Virus record (IMG/VR): IMGVR_UViG_3300045988_085915
Span: 1 to 31,151 of that record
Length of the DNA: 31,151 bases
Direction: 5' to 3' (one strand)
Source: a virus
Shown here: piece after piece, positions 19,189 to 29,914 of the stretch
Numbering within the stretch: position 1 is the stretch's first letter
How the letters are laid out: each line of letters opens with the position of its first letter
Position numbers and translations under genes: made by a program
The notes under the pieces: model-generated
The model's input: only the letters and a program-made list of their open reading frames with translations
The model's database searches: none
What the model was told of the DNA's origin: nothing

Positions 19189-22100
19189 TAGATTGTAATA
19201 TTTTTAACAGTATCTTCTGTTAGTGTTAAATTCTCTGTATATTTAACTGTTCCTGTAGGTTCATCAGTCACTTCAAATTTAAACTGAACACCTTTTTGAG
19301 CATATATTCTATAATTTCCATTATCCTGCATATAAGCCACATTCAAGAAGTTATCGTTTTCTGTAAGTATCTGATTTACCCCAGTTGGTATAGTGCCACT
19401 TGGAGTTTCTAATTTGCCTGTAATAAGAACAGCTTTATTTGGGTCTGGAGTTTGAGTAAACATACATTTAGGACCATCTACGCCTCCTTGTTTATAAAGA
19501 CTAAAGTAGAAACTTCTTTGGTCATATTTAGTATTCTCATTATAAGTAACTGTTAATTCTGTTTCTCCAGGTTGCCCAGATTCAGGTGTAATGCTTACAA
19601 TTTCATTTGGACTATATCATCCTAATTCTCAAGGAATATTAGAAGTAACTGTAATCTTTTTAGTCCCAGCTTTATAATCTACAACTGGATCTGAATCATC
19701 AAATGATATATATTCACCTAGATTTTGAACTCCAGCTAAATAACTATTAATATTTTGAACTTTAATAAATTCACATCTAACTGTAGAATCTGAATTAATA
19801 TCATAAGCGTCAATCTTATTAAGTACCCAGTAAGAATCTTCAAAATAATAGAATTGTCTAAGTAAATCATACTTAACATCTAAATCATCCAATCTTACAA
19901 AGCAGGTAACTTTTTTAGTATTTACATCAAATTGATCATTATAAAATTCACTTCAGAATCTACTATAAATAGTACTTCCGATATTATAAGTTATATCATC
20001 AATATAAATCTCTTGTGGTAATCCAAAATCTCAAGAAGCAGTAACATTAGAGGACGAAACGGTATACCTTGTAAATTGAGGTAATACAGTTCTCTTTATA
20101 GCAATTTTATTCCCCCTAATATCTTTCTCACTTTTAGTAGATATATAACACATTTCCTGATCATTTAATATGTTCATTTCTGTAAGATCATCTGTAATTC
20201 AATATGTTACTTCATTTCCTTTTACATCAGTTAAAGGAACATTACCGTTAAAGAATACTAGGGATTGAGAGATATCCTCTAAAGATTCCTCATTACCATC
20301 AATTGAGAAAAATACATTTTTGGCAAATATATCATTACCTGCGATTTTATATCATTCTGTGGTTTTAGAGGGATCTATAAAATTAGCTCCGTATAACTCT
20401 TGATCTATAGTCTTAAGTTCAGTAGTGCTATTATTAAATAATGTATAGGTAATATTATCATTCATAAATGCAGGAACTACAAGGGAAGAAGAATTGTAAA
20501 AATTTCTAAAATATTTATTTCTCCATCTTGCAGAAACTATATTTTCATATATATTATCACTATACAGTTCAGTTGTTTCAGAATTAAAATTATAACCAGT
20601 ATTTAATCTTTGTTGACCATATAATATAGAATATTCCTTATTGTATTTTTTATAAAAATAAGTTTCTGGACCTTCAGAACTCATTCTATATCACTTCTTA
20701 TCAAATAATATTGGATTTACATTGAAATCTTTAGAATAATCTATTCTCTTACTCCAATCAGAGATTATATTCTTAAAGAAATTATTTCTAGTATATATTC
20801 TAATTGTTTTACTATCAATATCTTTTGTAAAATATAACCCAAATAGTTTTGCATAACTCAATAAGTAATCAGCAGGAGATTGTTCTGTTTTTAATAATAA
20901 TTTTTTAGTTAATAATGCATTACTTTGAAGTACCTCTGTAGAAGTAGTAATTTCAATGGGAGAAGTAAGATCTACTATAAGATCTCCTTTTGGAATAGCT
21001 TGGTAATCCTCTCCTCTTTCTATTACTTCACTTAATAATCCAGTAGGTCTAACACTATTTCCAGTAGATCATACAACATTAAGTTTAATTTTAATTTTAT
21101 TAATTGGAATTTTAAAATTTGTAATATTAATAACAAAATCATTAGTTAATGAAGAAGTATCATAAAATACATTATTTTGAAAATACCCAAAATGATTAAC
21201 CCCATTAGCTATAGGATTTGAGTAGGTTCCTGAATTTGTAAATCTATGTATTTCAGAAGTATAAATAGTATCATCTACTTCATTAGTAATTGTTAGCCAA
21301 ACATCAGCGTATCCTCTATATGCTGAATAAAAAGGAGGAGCAGAGGAGCTAAAATACCTTCTAAATCCAAAAAAATATCTATCCCCAACATTTCCTGCAG
21401 TTCGATTAAACTTTAACTTAAAATAAAAAGTTGTAGAAAGGCTTTTTCTAAATCCAGCCTCACTTAAATCAATTATTCCAGAATCGTAAACAATATCAGG
21501 TGATGCAATGGATAATTTTAAAGGACTTGATGTAGATTCTCCTTTATTTATACCTACCTGATAATTATATTTACTATCTTCTACTAAAAAGCCAGATTCT
21601 GTTACATCTTCTTCGTCACTTACTAGATTAGATAATAAAGGTAAAGCTACAAAGGATTTACTTCAATACGGATTATTTCAATTAAAAAATGAAGGATCAA
21701 ATACTACATCATATCCAGAATTCTCTTTTCTACAGATAGTTTCAATTAACTTACTCAATTTTAAAGCTGGCCTTTGCATATAACTTCTAAGATCTCTCAT
21801 CTCCCATTCTGTATATGCTCTATTTAATTTAGCTAATCCATACCCATTATAAGGTGTATATGTAACTCCTGAATCTGTCTTACTAGTAGGAAATATACTA
21901 TTTTCATTAGTATTTATTAAACAACTTTCATTATCAAAATCTTCATATAAACCATTATATGCTGGAATAAATGTCAAATAATCATATATTTGACTTCCTT
22001 CATTCGTTTTACTTCAGTCAAAACAAGTATTTACAAAATCTTTGTTAATATAAAAATTAAGTTCAGTATCAGCAGGAAGTGTATTTCCATCTTCATCAGT

Positions 22101-22544
22101 TACAAAGTATTGTAAATCAGCAAGAGTCCTAATAGTACCATCTTCTTTATATTTAAGACCATAAAAGAAATCTCCTAATCCTCCATATAAAGTAATATTA
22201 TAAGTAATAATAGCTTGTTTTATAGATATACTATTTAATTGCATATATCCAGATTCAACTAAATAGCCATTATTATAAATTCCAAAATCAACTCGTTTTG
22301 AAGGATCAAAATATACTCCAGAGAAATTACCTTCTTTTATATGGAGAAATCTATCTAACTTATAAATCTCTCCAAATATCTTATTATTATTTTTGGTACC
22401 AGGTATAGAAATCGTCTTACTAAACGAGTTCTTGACTATAGTGGGGTTTTGGAAATCCTCAACAGTATATGTCATAGGAAGACTAATTCCCTCACTACAG
22501 TCAACCTCTTTATTTGCAATAAATAATTTAATATTCTTTCTCAT
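19188..22544 (-). CDS. Large tail/baseplate protein (1118 aa) with C-terminal Ig/BACON-like domains
   Basis: All fragments (22014..22544, 21678..21977, 20352..20684, 19629..19892, 19188..19463) share one frame. I translated every gap and found only TGA (11 codons) and no TAA/TAG. Its TAA overlaps the tape measure ATG (TAATG). Confidence 0.8.
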
Positions 22545-22546
22545 AA

Positions 22547-24727
22547 TTATTTACGATAAGTATCTTGAGAAGCTTCTACATTAATTGTATAATAGAACTT
22601 GTTTTTACCTTGATTAGTATAAGTTTTATATTCACAATTTGTATCTGTAATCAATACTGGAGTGATAGTATTATCTTTAAGATTATGCAAATATACTTTG
22701 GTACTCTCAATTAGATTAAACATCTTAGAAGCTTGAATATCATTTAAATAACCAGTATAAAGAACCCAGCTTGAAGTTATAGTATTCAAATACTTATTTC
22801 TTGCAAACTCTTGTGATGTATTTAATACCTTACGAGTATATGTTTCAGATTTAATCTCATCATTCTTTTTAACATTACCCTCAACAAGTAATGAATCTCA
22901 TCCACCTGCTGAATTAGTATAATATAACACATAATCTTTACCTGTAGTATCTATATCATATCTAATCTGTCTATCACTAATATTTCCACCTTCTACAAAT
23001 CCTACTATTAAATAGCTTCCACAAGGCCATAATTTATTACTTAAATCTTCTGTATATGTATATCCATTAATTCCAGAATTTAAACTAATATCCATAGCAG
23101 ATTGTACTCCATCTATATAAAAGAATCTATTAATAACTCCAGTTCCAGTTGGTAGAATTCAACTTGATACTAAATACTGCCTTGGATCAACTAAACCAGT
23201 AATAGGATCACTTAACATAGTGCCTTTAGTTAGATCTCTATCTTTATAACTCCAGTCATTGAAGAAAGTAATTGGTTTTTCATTTCCACTAGATGTTATC
23301 AAAGTAAATGGTTTCAAATATTCTGGAGATATTATAGTTTTAGAAGTATTAAATATAATACCGTTAGATAGATAATTTTCAGCTACATTATTTAATAGAA
23401 ACTCTACTCTATCTGTTTCAGGATATTTATAAGCCTTGCCAGCATAAACCATTTCTCCTGCATAATCTAGATGATATTCAATAAAATCAGAACTGATAAT
23501 TTCTTCCCAAACATAATCTTTCCAAATAGGAGATATATCAGATTTAACAGATTGTGTAATATTAATAGATAAATTAATAATACTTGAACTATTCTTTATA
23601 ACAGATACTCCAATAGTTGCTTGTCTAGAAGATAAACCTGAATTTTCTGCAATGTTCAAACTAATAGTTGCTACACCTTGAGGATTCACAGAGAACTTCT
23701 GACCACTAATCCAACCTACAGGAATACTAAATACAACATCATCTAAGTTATTTGAGCCTGTACCAATTATATTTAATGTAGATGCAGTTCAACTTACTTC
23801 ATAATTAGTATTAGGAATCACTAAAGATGTTGCAGCTTGTTTAATTGGAACTGTAGCTTCAAGAGTATAACCTCCAGAAGTTGTTGCAGTAACCATTGCA
23901 CTAAACTCTAAATTATTAGTAGTTTTATTCTCTGGAACAGTTAATACAAAATAGTTATCAACAATATCCTTTTTAATATTACTAGCTTGAGGGCAGGTAA
24001 CATTAAATGAGGTAATTGTTTCTTCTGCTTTAGTTGTACTTAAATGGAATTCTTCAGTAACAAAAGCAGATGCTCCATAAGTTCCAGATGAAGGAGTTAC
24101 TATTAGCTTTAAATCTTCTGGAGTATTACTTTTTTCAATTTTAAAGCCGTAACTATAACTAATAAATTTATTAGTATCATAATAAGCTCCTAATTGAATA
24201 GTTCCAATTAAATCTGTATTTCATTGAGTATTAGCTCTTACTGTGAATTTAAACTTAATAGAGCAAGAATCCCATTCTAATACCTCAACACTCACTAAAG
24301 CAGTAGCATTTACTACATCACAAGTTCATTTAATAATATCTGCTCTATTTAATATATATTCAACAGTATAGGTACCTCCAGTATTGGGCACTGTTATACT
24401 GCCATTTGCAGGATAATATCCAGGAGCTTGACTATGAAGATAAACTGGCATAGTATCTTCTAATTGAACAGTAGTCAGTCCTTTTGGGTATAATCTAAAT
24501 ATTGTAGAAGAGTCTGTTGTAATAGTTGAGGGATTTGTAAAGTTAATAGTACAACCACTTGTACTTGCATTAGAAATAGTAACATCTAATGGACCCTCTT
24601 CTGAATAGTCATCTCCTCATAGCCAATAATCATATACTCCTGTAAGACCTCATCCTGGATTTTCCCATTTAACAGGATATGTTCCTGTACTTCTTGGTAT
24701 TCCTAATTTACTTGGTATAAATGTCAT
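22547..24727 (-). CDS. Tail structural protein (726 aa): N-terminal Ig/BACON-like repeats plus a C-terminal distal-tail-like domain
   Basis: ATG at 24727. I translated 24727 to 23630 and 22900 to 22787 directly; the intervening stretches are track ORFs in the same frame. There are 7 in-frame TGA. Fragments 23159..23689, 22898..23095 and 22547..22789 share the frame. TAA stop 2 nt before the next ATG. Confidence 0.75.
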
Positions 24728-24729
24728 TT

Positions 24730-25218
24730 TTAAAAGTCTTTAAATAAATAATAATCTACTTGTCCTTGTAAGTCTTTAGTTATAGCATCATCAAGAAGTT
24801 CCATATAGTTGTTCTCTATATATTCTATAGTATTAGCAAGTGGATATTTTCCTTGAGTTCCTTGAAGATGTATCTTTCTTCCAATTAAATATGCAAGTTG
24901 ATCTACAGTAGGTAACTTGCCATTATAAGGTCTTGGAATTACTGGCTTAGTTTTAATCCAACTCTTTATATCAGATAATGGAGGAAATTTACCAGCAGCT
25001 CTGCCTTCTTCAACATATTCTCAATAATCTAATAAGCTAAAATTAACCTCATATTCTCCATCTTGAGTCTCAACTATATAGTTTAAACTATTACCTAATG
25101 CTCCAGTGTCATCAGATCTGGTTTTAACTAATTCCTGTCTATAAAGAGAAATTATAAGATCTCCTCACTTCCTTAATAGCTCACTTAAATTTGAGAACTT
25201 TAATTCTTGAATATTCAT
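24730..25218 (-). CDS. Virion morphogenesis / tail completion-like protein (162 aa); first gene of the tail operon
   Basis: Absent from the ORF track because of two in-frame TGA (LRK-W-GD, LDY-W-EY). The YWEYVEEGRAAGKFPP..IKSWIKTK pattern is reminiscent of HK97 gp10-like proteins, but this is weak. Confidence 0.55.
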
Positions 25219-25258
25219 TTTTGTTAAAATATATTATTTTATATATTAGTAGCTAATG

Positions 25259-25285
25259 AAAATAGGGAGGTTTACTCCCTATTTT
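25259..25285. terminator. GC-rich hairpin in the leader between element copy 3 and the tail operon start
   Basis: 11-bp perfect stem AAAATAGGGAG / CTCCCTATTTT with a 5-nt loop; 3 nt from the 50-bp element and 41 nt from the ATG at 25218. Confidence 0.55.
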
Positions 25286-25288
25286 ATA

Positions 25289-25338
25289 TGTAACTTTTTT
25301 ATATTATCTTAGTACCAAATATGAGTAAAAAGGTTACA
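25289..25338 (-). promoter_or_regulatory. 50-bp inverted-repeat-armed element, copy 3 (core in - orientation), upstream of the tail operon
   Basis: Its reverse complement, TGTAACCTTTTTACTCATATTTGGTACTAAGATAATATAAAAAAGTTACA, aligns with copies 1 and 2 over its whole 50 nt. Confidence 0.6.
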
Positions 25339-25482
25339 GTTAATGTTTTCTTTTTCATTCTTCAATCTGTCTATTTTCTTCATTAGCTTTATCTATAACA
25401 TAGCATATAAGATTCAGGAACTCTTTAATCTGCATATCATATATCTGATGCCAATTAAATCTGGTAACTTCACTTACCTTAT

Positions 25483-26124
25483 CTATTCAGATAATTCAGC
25501 TTCATTTTTGAGTAAAAGGATTAATCGTCTCGTCTGTATTAAGCTCTTCAGAAGTTTCCTCCTTTCCAGTTTGTCCCTTGTTTTCCTTAGTCTCTTCTTC
25601 ATCTCCCTTTCCGAAGAGTGTAGGGTACTCAGCGTTGATACTTGCAATAAGTTTACAAAAAAAAACATTATGTCTGAAAATATATCTATTGTTAGATGAG
25701 TATTTAAGAATTCTGCCTCATCAATAGGGTCATAATCTTCTCCATACTTCTTTCCATTAGGTAGCAAGAAACAAGCTGCTAGATTAGGCATAAAATCATC
25801 ATACTGCTTATAAAAATTCTGAAAGTCAATATATTGACTGGCCGTCATCTTATTAACATTAAAAAAGACTTTATATTCTTTATTACCAATATTATAAGTA
25901 GTTTCTGGAGTTTTTGGCTTATAGGGGGTCTCTATAAATTTAAGATTATTTATAAACTCTTGTAGCTTGTTTACTTCCATATTAGTTATATCTTCTATAG
26001 GTATATCACTAAGTACAGATACCATAGCTAAATTCATATCTAATTCATTTTCCCAGTCTTTTCGTATTATCTCAAACAGTCTTTTATAATGAGATAAATT
26101 CATTTCATTCCAAGATTTTATCAT
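25483..26124 (-). CDS. Hypothetical protein (213 aa) downstream of TerL
   Basis: Uninterrupted ORF ending in TAG, with a basic C-terminal tail (KKRLRKTRDKLERRK). No confident family assignment. Confidence 0.55.
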   Translation of the reverse strand: MIKSWNEMNLSHYKRLFEIIRKDWENELDMNLAMVSVLSDIPIEDITNMEVNKLQEFINNLKFIETPYKPKTPETTYNIGNKEYKVFFNVNKMTASQYIDFQNFYKQYDDFMPNLAACFLLPNGKKYGEDYDPIDEAEFLNTHLTIDIFSDIMFFFVNLLQVSTLSTLHSSEREMKKRLRKTRDKLERRKLLKSLIQTRRLILLLKNEAELSE

Positions 26125-26125
26125 A

Positions 26126-27409
26126 CTATTTAAATTTAATATTATAATGTCCTTTAGTTGTATTTAATGAGTCATAGGCTAGCATTAATGAAATTACTGT
26201 ATCATCATTAAATCCAGATGGAGCATTATAACTAACATTTCCAGTTTTTGGATTATATGAAGCTTCATATAGTCTTAACTCATTTAAAAGTTTATCATCT
26301 TTTAATAATCCTATCTTTTCATTCTCCAAAGCAGCTTGAAGCTTATTTACAATAGCTGCTTTAGACTTATTAGTAGTTAAAAACTTAACTATCCGTAATT
26401 TAGGATTCCTTTTTACAAGAATATCATAAAACACTGAACCTATTGAGTTTTGTTCAACTTGAACTATCTTTATAAATCCCTGATACTCAGTAAATATATT
26501 TGTCAGTAAATCAACTTGTTCTGTTGGAGTTTTGTCGTTAAAATACTTTATAAAGACCATCTGCCCATTTTCATTTAAAGCTGTAATACAAGTATAGTCT
26601 TTACCAGAACCAGTAGCCCAGTCAACTCCAATATAGAGATTATGATATTCAGGTTTTTTATCAATTATACAGTTAGCTATATTATTAAATAGGCAACCAT
26701 CATCATCTGCAAACTCTCCAAGATATTCAGTTCTAAATTTATTTTTGGAGGTTGTAAGGCGATACATTTCAAGTTTATCCTCACTTAACAGCATAGAAGT
26801 ATCTTCTAATGCTCAATCAAAGGATTGATAATATTTACTAAAATTACCATCAAAGCCTTTTTTAAAGCATTCATAAAAGAATCCTTCTCTAAACCTTGGA
26901 GTACTAATTATAAGTATTGGAGCATTCCATACATCAGCGATAGGTGTTAAAATTTCGTATACTTCATCTGATATATAAGCTGCTTCGTCAATTACTAATA
27001 TTCCACTAACTGTAAATCCTCGTAATGAATCTTTTTGCTCAGCAGATTTAAATAGTATTTCACTCCCATTAGTAAATTCAATCTCAAGCAAAGATTCATT
27101 CTTTTTCTTAATAATATCTGTGCCATCTAATGCCTTTACTAACTCTTTAAATATCTTTCTGGAGTTAGTAAGAGTTGGTTCAACAATACAGCTAATACTT
27201 CCAGGATAGTTAATTGAAAATCGTAATAGTTCATTTTCTGCCATAAAGGATTTACCACATTGTCTCTTTGCTTTTACAGTAAATATTTTTCCAGACCTAT
27301 AAGAGTGCTCTAAAGCAGTATGTACCTTTAATTGATAGATAAATGGGCTATATCCTTTATATATTTTTGTCATTGTTAATTGGATCTCCAAATTTAAACT
27401 GGACTTCAT
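26126..27409 (-). CDS. terL: Terminase large subunit (427 aa; alternative start ATG 27373 gives 415 aa)
   Basis: Walker A-like KRQCGKSF and Walker B-like ILVIDEAAY; nuclease half with GVDWATGSGKDYT and FNDDTV. An in-frame TGA at 26813-26815 joins track ORFs 26813..27409 and 26126..26794. Confidence 0.85.
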
Positions 27410-27809
27410 TATTCTGAATAGCTACAATAGTCTCAGGTTGATTTAATCCAAACATACTATTTATAGTCTTAATAATCTCATTTGCAGCTCTAATATCTCC
27501 CTTACTAATAGCAGTATCCAGTAATGATTCCAATCTTGATAATTGTATATGTCTAAGATTTTTTATAAGGTTATCATTCTTTTCAGCAATTATCTTATAA
27601 GCTTCTCCAATATATCTTGCAGCCGTTGATTGGCTTACATTATATTTACTTTGAAGTTCTTCACTTACTTTATTCCTTGACCATCCTTTGTTAAATAACC
27701 TTGCAGCATAAAGATATTTAGTCTTTACTTCGTCTATTTGATTCTCTTTTACCTCTTCCTTTCTTGGCCTCCCTGTTTTCTTCGGCAGTTCCTGATTCTT
27801 TACTTTCAT
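27357..27809 (-). CDS. terS: Terminase small subunit-like protein (150 aa)
   Basis: Basic N-terminus, HTH-like WSRNKVSEELQSKYNVSQSTAARYI, and a coiled-coil middle; immediately upstream of and overlapping TerL. Confidence 0.55.
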   Translation of the reverse strand: MKVKNQELPKKTGRPRKEEVKENQIDEVKTKYLYAARLFNKGWSRNKVSEELQSKYNVSQSTAARYIGEAYKIIAEKNDNLIKNLRHIQLSRLESLLDTAISKGDIRAANEIIKTINSMFGLNQPETIVAIQNNEVQFKFGDPINNDKNI

Positions 27810-28053
27810 TTTCCTTTAGTTTTTCTTGATATTCAAAATAGATTGGGGCAATCCTCTTTATAAGATTAAGTATACAAGTAGCACAAGCTACGCTCATTCT
27901 ATATTCTTGTTCAATTAAACATTCATAAATCTCTTTAAGCTTAATTACATCCTGCTTTTGTACATTTCTGCAATAATTAGACTTAGTTGCAGTTACAAAT
28001 CTATCTTCAAATCCTCTTAAATATTTAAACTGCTCTTCTGTTAATTGTTTCAT
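27718..28053 (-). CDS. Hypothetical protein (111 aa)
   Basis: ORF from ATG 28053 (MKQLTEEQFKYL). Its C-terminal 30 aa overlap the TerS start in another frame. Confidence 0.45.
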   Translation of the reverse strand: MKQLTEEQFKYLRGFEDRFVTATKSNYCRNVQKQDVIKLKEIYECLIEQEYRMSVACATCILNLIKRIAPIYFEYQEKLKENESKESGTAEENREAKKGRGKRESNRRSKD

Positions 28054-28142
28054 AATTAGCACTTTTTAGTATAAGTAAATATAGAAATTAACTTTCCATT
28101 CTTGTAGTGATAAATAACTTCTGTTTCCATAAAATATAATTT

Positions 28143-28472
28143 TTAATCAATAAGTTTGTATATAACATCTATCAGCTTAGTAGATGCATCTTTTAATAAT
28201 ATCATAATATCTTTAATAATTGGAGTCATAAATGCTAATAGTGCAATATATCCAACCATTAAAATTGAAAATTGACTTGTAATAAGAATATATATTAATC
28301 CAATTCACCAAGTCATACATAAACTGCAATCTAAAGGTTTTAGTCTTCAATCTTCTTTATAAGGCATACCTTTAAATAGTCTTTTTCAAATACTATGTTT
28401 AAAACTATCCAAAGCCCCAGATAAATCAATTATAAAGACTATTATTACTGCTATTATAAATAATTCTAACAT
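28143..28472 (-). CDS. Small integral membrane protein with a CxxC motif (109 aa)
   Basis: Invisible to the ORF track because of three in-frame TGA. Hydrophobic N-terminus, KPLDCSLCMTW-W(TGA)-IGLIYIL, second TM segment. TAA stop. Confidence 0.5.
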
Positions 28473-28711
28473 AATCTCTCTCTTATTTGTTTAATAAATC
28501 TTTGAATTGTAGTATGACTAATTCCCAATATTTTTCCCACTTCTCTATAACTGTGATATTCAGCATATAATATGATTACTGTCTTATCTGCCTTATTAAG
28601 CTCAAGTCATTTTGGATATATACTTAATAGTCTATCATCCATATTTGTAAACATACTATAGTCTATTTCATACTCAGTAAGTAAATCGTCAATATTAATC
28701 TTCCGTTTCAT
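28466..28711 (-). CDS. Sigma-70 region-4-like HTH protein (81 aa); C-terminal half of a split ECF-like sigma factor
   Basis: LELNKADKTVIILYAEYHSYREVGKILGISHTTIQRFIKQIRERL matches the region 4.2 pattern. One in-frame TGA; TAG stop. Confidence 0.6.
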
Positions 28712-29003
28712 TTAATCAATCCTCCAATTCGTCATTTTGTTGTTCAAGTGGTTCTTTAACAATCTCATAATATTTCTTATAGGTATAGTAATATCTACTT
28801 GTTTTACTAAACCAATAATTCTTAAATAATCTTGTAATCCAAAATTTCAATTCATTTTTGCTATCAAGCTGATTTAATTTTGGATTTGAATACTCTAGTA
28901 TTTCTACAAAAATCATTTGAACACAGTCATCATCTGCACCAAATTTTTGCTTAAGTTCCATAATAAATGGATAGTACTTTTCTACAATTTCGTTATTACT
29001 CAT
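28695..29003 (-). CDS. Sigma-70 region-2-like protein (102 aa); N-terminal half of a split ECF-like sigma factor
   Basis: IVEKYYPFIMELKQKFGADDDCVQMIFVEILEY...LKFWITRLFKNYWFSKTSR follows the ECF region 2.1-2.4 pattern. The TGA at 28716-28718 adds 7 aa before TAA. Confidence 0.55.
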
Positions 29004-29490
29004 ATGTTCACATATATCCTCCTGCTGTTTTTCGCTGCCCTTTAAGAACCTTTACAATATTTCTAGATTGTATATTTAGTTCTCTCTCAGCATCTATTGC
29101 TGAATCCCATCTTTTAATAACTATTCCATTTAGTAATTGCAGTATTGGTTTCTTATGACTATATCCAGCTCGCAGATTATGAGTTCCATAATTATTATTA
29201 TAATTATAAGTACACCATTCTAAATTACTTACATTATTATTTGATTTATTTTCATCCTTATGATTTATACAAGGATAGTTATTCGGATTAGATATAAAAG
29301 TTTCAGCTACTAATCTATGTATATAACACTTCTTTTTCAAATTTTTATTATATAATGTTACTGTAAAGTACCCATTAGTTTTTACTTGAGGTTTTAACCT
29401 CTTTGGAACTGATGCTCTTAAACTTCATATTGAGCCATCAGTTCCAATTTGGTAGTTTTCAAAATTAAGTATTCTTTTATAGGCTATCAT
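28996..29490 (-). CDS. HNH homing endonuclease with NUMOD4 N-terminus and IENR1-like C-terminus (164 aa)
   Basis: FENYQIGTDGSI-W(TGA)-S (NUMOD4), YIHRLVAETF..NHKDENKSNNNVSNLEW (HNH_3), and GGYM-W(TGA 29008-29010)-TYE at the end. Confidence 0.85.
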
Positions 29491-29914
29491 TTGCTATATA
29501 ATTACTAAATTCTGTATTTACATCTATCTTAATGGCTTTCTTTAAAGACAACTCTGTTTTTAATGAATAGCCATAAGTTCCTCCAAAATCTGTTGTAGAA
29601 CAACCATATTTCATAGAATCCTTTATAAAGGCTTGTTTTATATCTTTAAATATATATACTCCATCATCAAATATTATTACTAATATAGAATTATTTCTTG
29701 ATAGCATATCAAATTTATCCCTGTTTATAATTGTAGTTGGATATTTATCTGATTTAAATCTTCTCCTTTTAACTTCAATTATATAGTCTATATTATTCCA
29801 AGTAAATGTTCCATCATATCTGGAATAATCGTCTTTACATCATTCTATTTCTATATTATATTTATCTTTAAATAGATTCTTTATAAAGACTAAACTTCTT
29901 ATATCTGTTTTCAT
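29477..29914 (-). CDS. PD-(D/E)xK-like nuclease candidate (145 aa)
   Basis: ATG 29914 overlaps the upstream stop (TAATG). One in-frame TGA (EIE-W-CKDD). D...IDYIIEVKRR resembles a D-(D/E)xK core. Confidence 0.45.

Noticed and set aside
19629-23689. The run of short same-strand ORFs (19629..19892, 20352..20684, 21678..21977, 22014..22544, 22547..22789, 22898..23095, 23159..23689) could be read as decayed pseudogenes.
   Set aside because: They fall into just two reading frames. Every interruption I translated is TGA only, never TAA or TAG. The joined products have coherent tail-protein architecture, so they are two intact recoded genes.
25340-25435. A 31-aa - strand ORF (MQIKEFLNLICYVIDKANEENRQIEEWKRKH, with one TGA) in the tail-operon leader
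   Set aside because: It is too short, and nothing beyond its being an open frame supports it. I left it unannotated.
25343-25699. A 118-aa + strand ORF that begins right after element copy 3
   Set aside because: It is F/I/L/S-rich low-complexity sequence. Its last 217 nt are antisense to the 213-aa gene, and it has no supporting signals, so it is probably an AT-rich artefact. It would need revisiting if strand-specific RNA data show + strand transcription here.
27718-27809. Possible programmed frameshift linking the 111-aa ORF to TerS across their 92-nt overlap
   Set aside because: TerS is in the +1 frame, no slippery heptamer is obvious, and TerS has its own ATG. I treated this as an ordinary overlap.
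28056-28130. A 24-aa - strand ORF (METEVIYHYKNGKLISIFTYTKKC) between the membrane protein gene and the 111-aa gene
   Set aside because: It fills a gap neatly but is too short to support from sequence alone.
3216-29158. The + strand track ORFs that lie antisense to - strand genes: 3216..3413, 3911..4105, 5357..5662, 8427..8723, 9706..9894, 12561..12827, 12831..13100, 15308..15595, 15342..15569, 18314..18568, 18707..18967, 19010..19198, 22393..22584, 28967..29158
   Set aside because: All lie entirely inside well-supported - strand genes, have low-complexity compositions typical of shadow frames, and have no start context or partners.
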